Shown one piece after another: positions 62,244 through 64,000 of a stretch of DNA of 64,000 nt. Where the stretch lies: the NCBI GenBank assembly GCA_963721455.1, contig CAVRJG010000044.1, forward strand, positions 32,001 through 96,000, written 5' to 3'. Position numbers and translations under genes: made by a program. Below the pieces are notes generated by a model. The model was not told the DNA's origin. It saw only the letters and a list, made by a program, of their open reading frames with translations, and did no database searches. Source of the stretch: an uncultured Methanosarcinaceae archaeon. GTDB lineage: Archaea > Halobacteriota > Methanosarcinia > Methanosarcinales > Methanosarcinaceae. Position 1 is the first letter of the stretch. Each line of letters starts with the position of its first letter.

Positions 62244-64000
62244 ATGCCGTTTATACAACTCGTAAATTCGCTCCAGTACTGGAATGAAAATAAAGAGGTT
62301 TTATCCATTACCAGCGTTTCGGTGGTTTTACCAGCTTATAATGAAGCAGCGAATATCGAAAAAGCTGTTTTCGTTACAGCGGAGACACTTTTTAAAATAA
62401 CTGATTGCTTTGAGATCATCATAGCCGAAGATGGGAGCACGGACGGTACGGACCGGATAGCTTCCAATCTCTCGAAACAGTACGCTTACGTTGTTCACCT
62501 TCATTCGGATAAACGCCAGGGACGGGGAAAAGCCCTGAACAGGGCTTTTAAGGCAGCTTCAGGAGAAGTCCTCTGCTATATCGATGTGGATCTCGCAACA
62601 GATATGAAATATCTGGAAAAACTGGTCAGGGCTGTAAGCATGGATGGCTATGATTTTGCCACAGGTTCGAGAATGATGCGTGAAAGCGATGCAAAAAGGC
62701 CTTTTAAGCGGGAGTTTGCAAGCAGGGGATATAATTTTCTGGTAAGGTTTTTTCTGCGCTCAAAACTTTATGACCACCAGTGTGGTTTTAAGGCTTTCAG
62801 GAGAGAAGCCCTCTTTGAGCTTCTAAACGAAATCAAGAATGATCACTGGTTCTGGGATACGGAACTGCTCGTAAGAGCCCAGCACAAAGGGTACAGGGTC
62901 ATGGAATTTCCGGTCTACTGGAGGCATGGAGGGTCAAGCAAGGTCAATCTGGTAAAAGATGTTAAAGGAATGGGTTCCGAGATATTCCGGCTCTGGCGGG
63001 AACTTTCATTCCCGCTCGTTATTTCGGGAAAAGGAAAAGTTTTTCTAACAGCCGCCCTTGCAGTTCTGATCCTTGCATTTGCTGCAACTTTTCTGGGTGC
63101 ATCCGATATTCTGGAAAATGTTAAGCATGCATCCTTCAGAACTCTGGCCCTCGCCTCTCTTGTATACTGTATTTCCTGGCCAGTTCGGGGAGTTCGCTTC
63201 CAGCAGATTCTTAAAAGGCTCGGAAATCAATACGGGCTTGGATTTCTTACAGGCAGCATTTTTATCAGCCAGTCTGCAAATGTAATTCTCCCAGCACGCA
63301 TAGGAGACCTGAGCAGGATGTATATCCTGAAAAAGAGCAAAGACCTCGCCCTTACAACGAGCCTTTCCTCGCTGACTGTAGAAAGAGTCTTTGATATAGT
63401 TGCAATCACTTCCATAGCAATACTTGCATCTTCAGGCGCTGCGTCCCGTTTCGAACTCGCTCCGTGGATGGACTATCTGATAAAGCTGTCCGGGCTTGCA
63501 GTAGTCCTCTTTTTTGCAATTCTTTTTGTTGTGTCTTTCAGGGAGGGCCGCGCCAAAAAAACGCTCAAAAAGAAGAATTACCCAGATGGGCGCTTTGGAA
63601 AGATAAAGGGCTTTACATCCGTTTTTTTCCACCAGATGAGTATTGTTGCCGTACGTCCACGCGCATTTCTGGCAGTGACCGCATCTTCCCTTCTTATATG
63701 GGGAATAGACATCTTCACCTGCTTCCTGGTTCTTAGATCTTTTCCGGCAGTTGGGGTGAGCCTCTCTTCTACATACATGATATCTCTGATTTTCCTGGCT
63801 GTAGCTCTCGGAAATATTGCAAAAATCTTTCCTATAACGCCTGGAGCTATCGGGACATATGAAGTTGCCCTTACTGCAGTCTTCGGGCTTGGGGGAATCA
63901 AACCTGAGATTGGGTTTACGGTTGCCGTGCTTGATCATATTATAAAGAACTCAATTACCCTGATCGGAGGTGGTTTTGCTCTCTCGGAACTCGGACTGAG
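62244..64000 (+). CDS. GT2 dolichol-phosphate glycosyltransferase fused to a flippase-like TM domain (AglD-like); runs off window end
   Basis: Manual translation VVLPAYNE...AEDGSTDGT...YIDVD...DHQCGFKAF...WFWDTE, then LPARIGD and PITPGAIGTYE. Confidence 0.87.
   Translation, partial: MPFIQLVNSLQYWNENKEVLSITSVSVVLPAYNEAANIEKAVFVTAETLFKITDCFEIIIAEDGSTDGTDRIASNLSKQYAYVVHLHSDKRQGRGKALNRAFKAASGEVLCYIDVDLATDMKYLEKLVRAVSMDGYDFATGSRMMRESDAKRPFKREFASRGYNFLVRFFLRSKLYDHQCGFKAFRREALFELLNEIKNDHWFWDTELLVRAQHKGYRVMEFPVYWRHGGSSKVNLVKDVKGMGSEIFRLWRELSFPLVISGKGKVFLTAALAVLILAFAATFLGASDILENVKHASFRTLALASLVYCISWPVRGVRFQQILKRLGNQYGLGFLTGSIFISQSANVILPARIGDLSRMYILKKSKDLALTTSLSSLTVERVFDIVAITSIAILASSGAASRFELAPWMDYLIKLSGLAVVLFFAILFVVSFREGRAKKTLKKKNYPDGRFGKIKGFTSVFFHQMSIVAVRPRAFLAVTASSLLIWGIDIFTCFLVLRSFPAVGVSLSSTYMISLIFLAVALGNIAKIFPITPGAIGTYEVALTAVFGLGGIKPEIGFTVAVLDHIIKNSITLIGGGFALSELGL

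Overview
Methanosarcina-type archaeal chromosome segment. Most of it is core genome: the A1A0 ATP synthase genes H-I-K-E-C, a prenyl diphosphate synthase and a radical SAM gene, three tRNAs, PAN, purA, an rps19e-rpl39e-rpl31e-eIF6-LX-pfdA-ftsY cluster, proABC, moeA/SAMP and glycosylation genes. The standout is an ~11 kb accessory region (about 12.5-23.3 kb) next to tRNA-Glu. It encodes a cyanobactin PatA-type subtilisin protease followed by a tandem array of about 11 small precursor-like genes (8 intact, 1 with a mutated start codon, 2 degenerate). They share an MKLPKQAKPVMR...GIxPS leader and carry variable cores with 4 or 6 Cys. Seven copies of a structured intergenic repeat separate them. 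No heterocyclase, macrocyclase or follower peptide is visible, which suggests a minimal archaeal RiPP system making a library of disulfide-rich peptides. A duplicated divergent promoter/regulator module links this cluster to a chagasin-domain protein. Also present: a ccmE pseudogene, a two-hairpin H/ACA-like sRNA, two IS elements with target-site duplications, several MITEs, an AbiJ-like gene and decayed crcB genes. All family assignments come from motif recognition by eye; no database searches were run.
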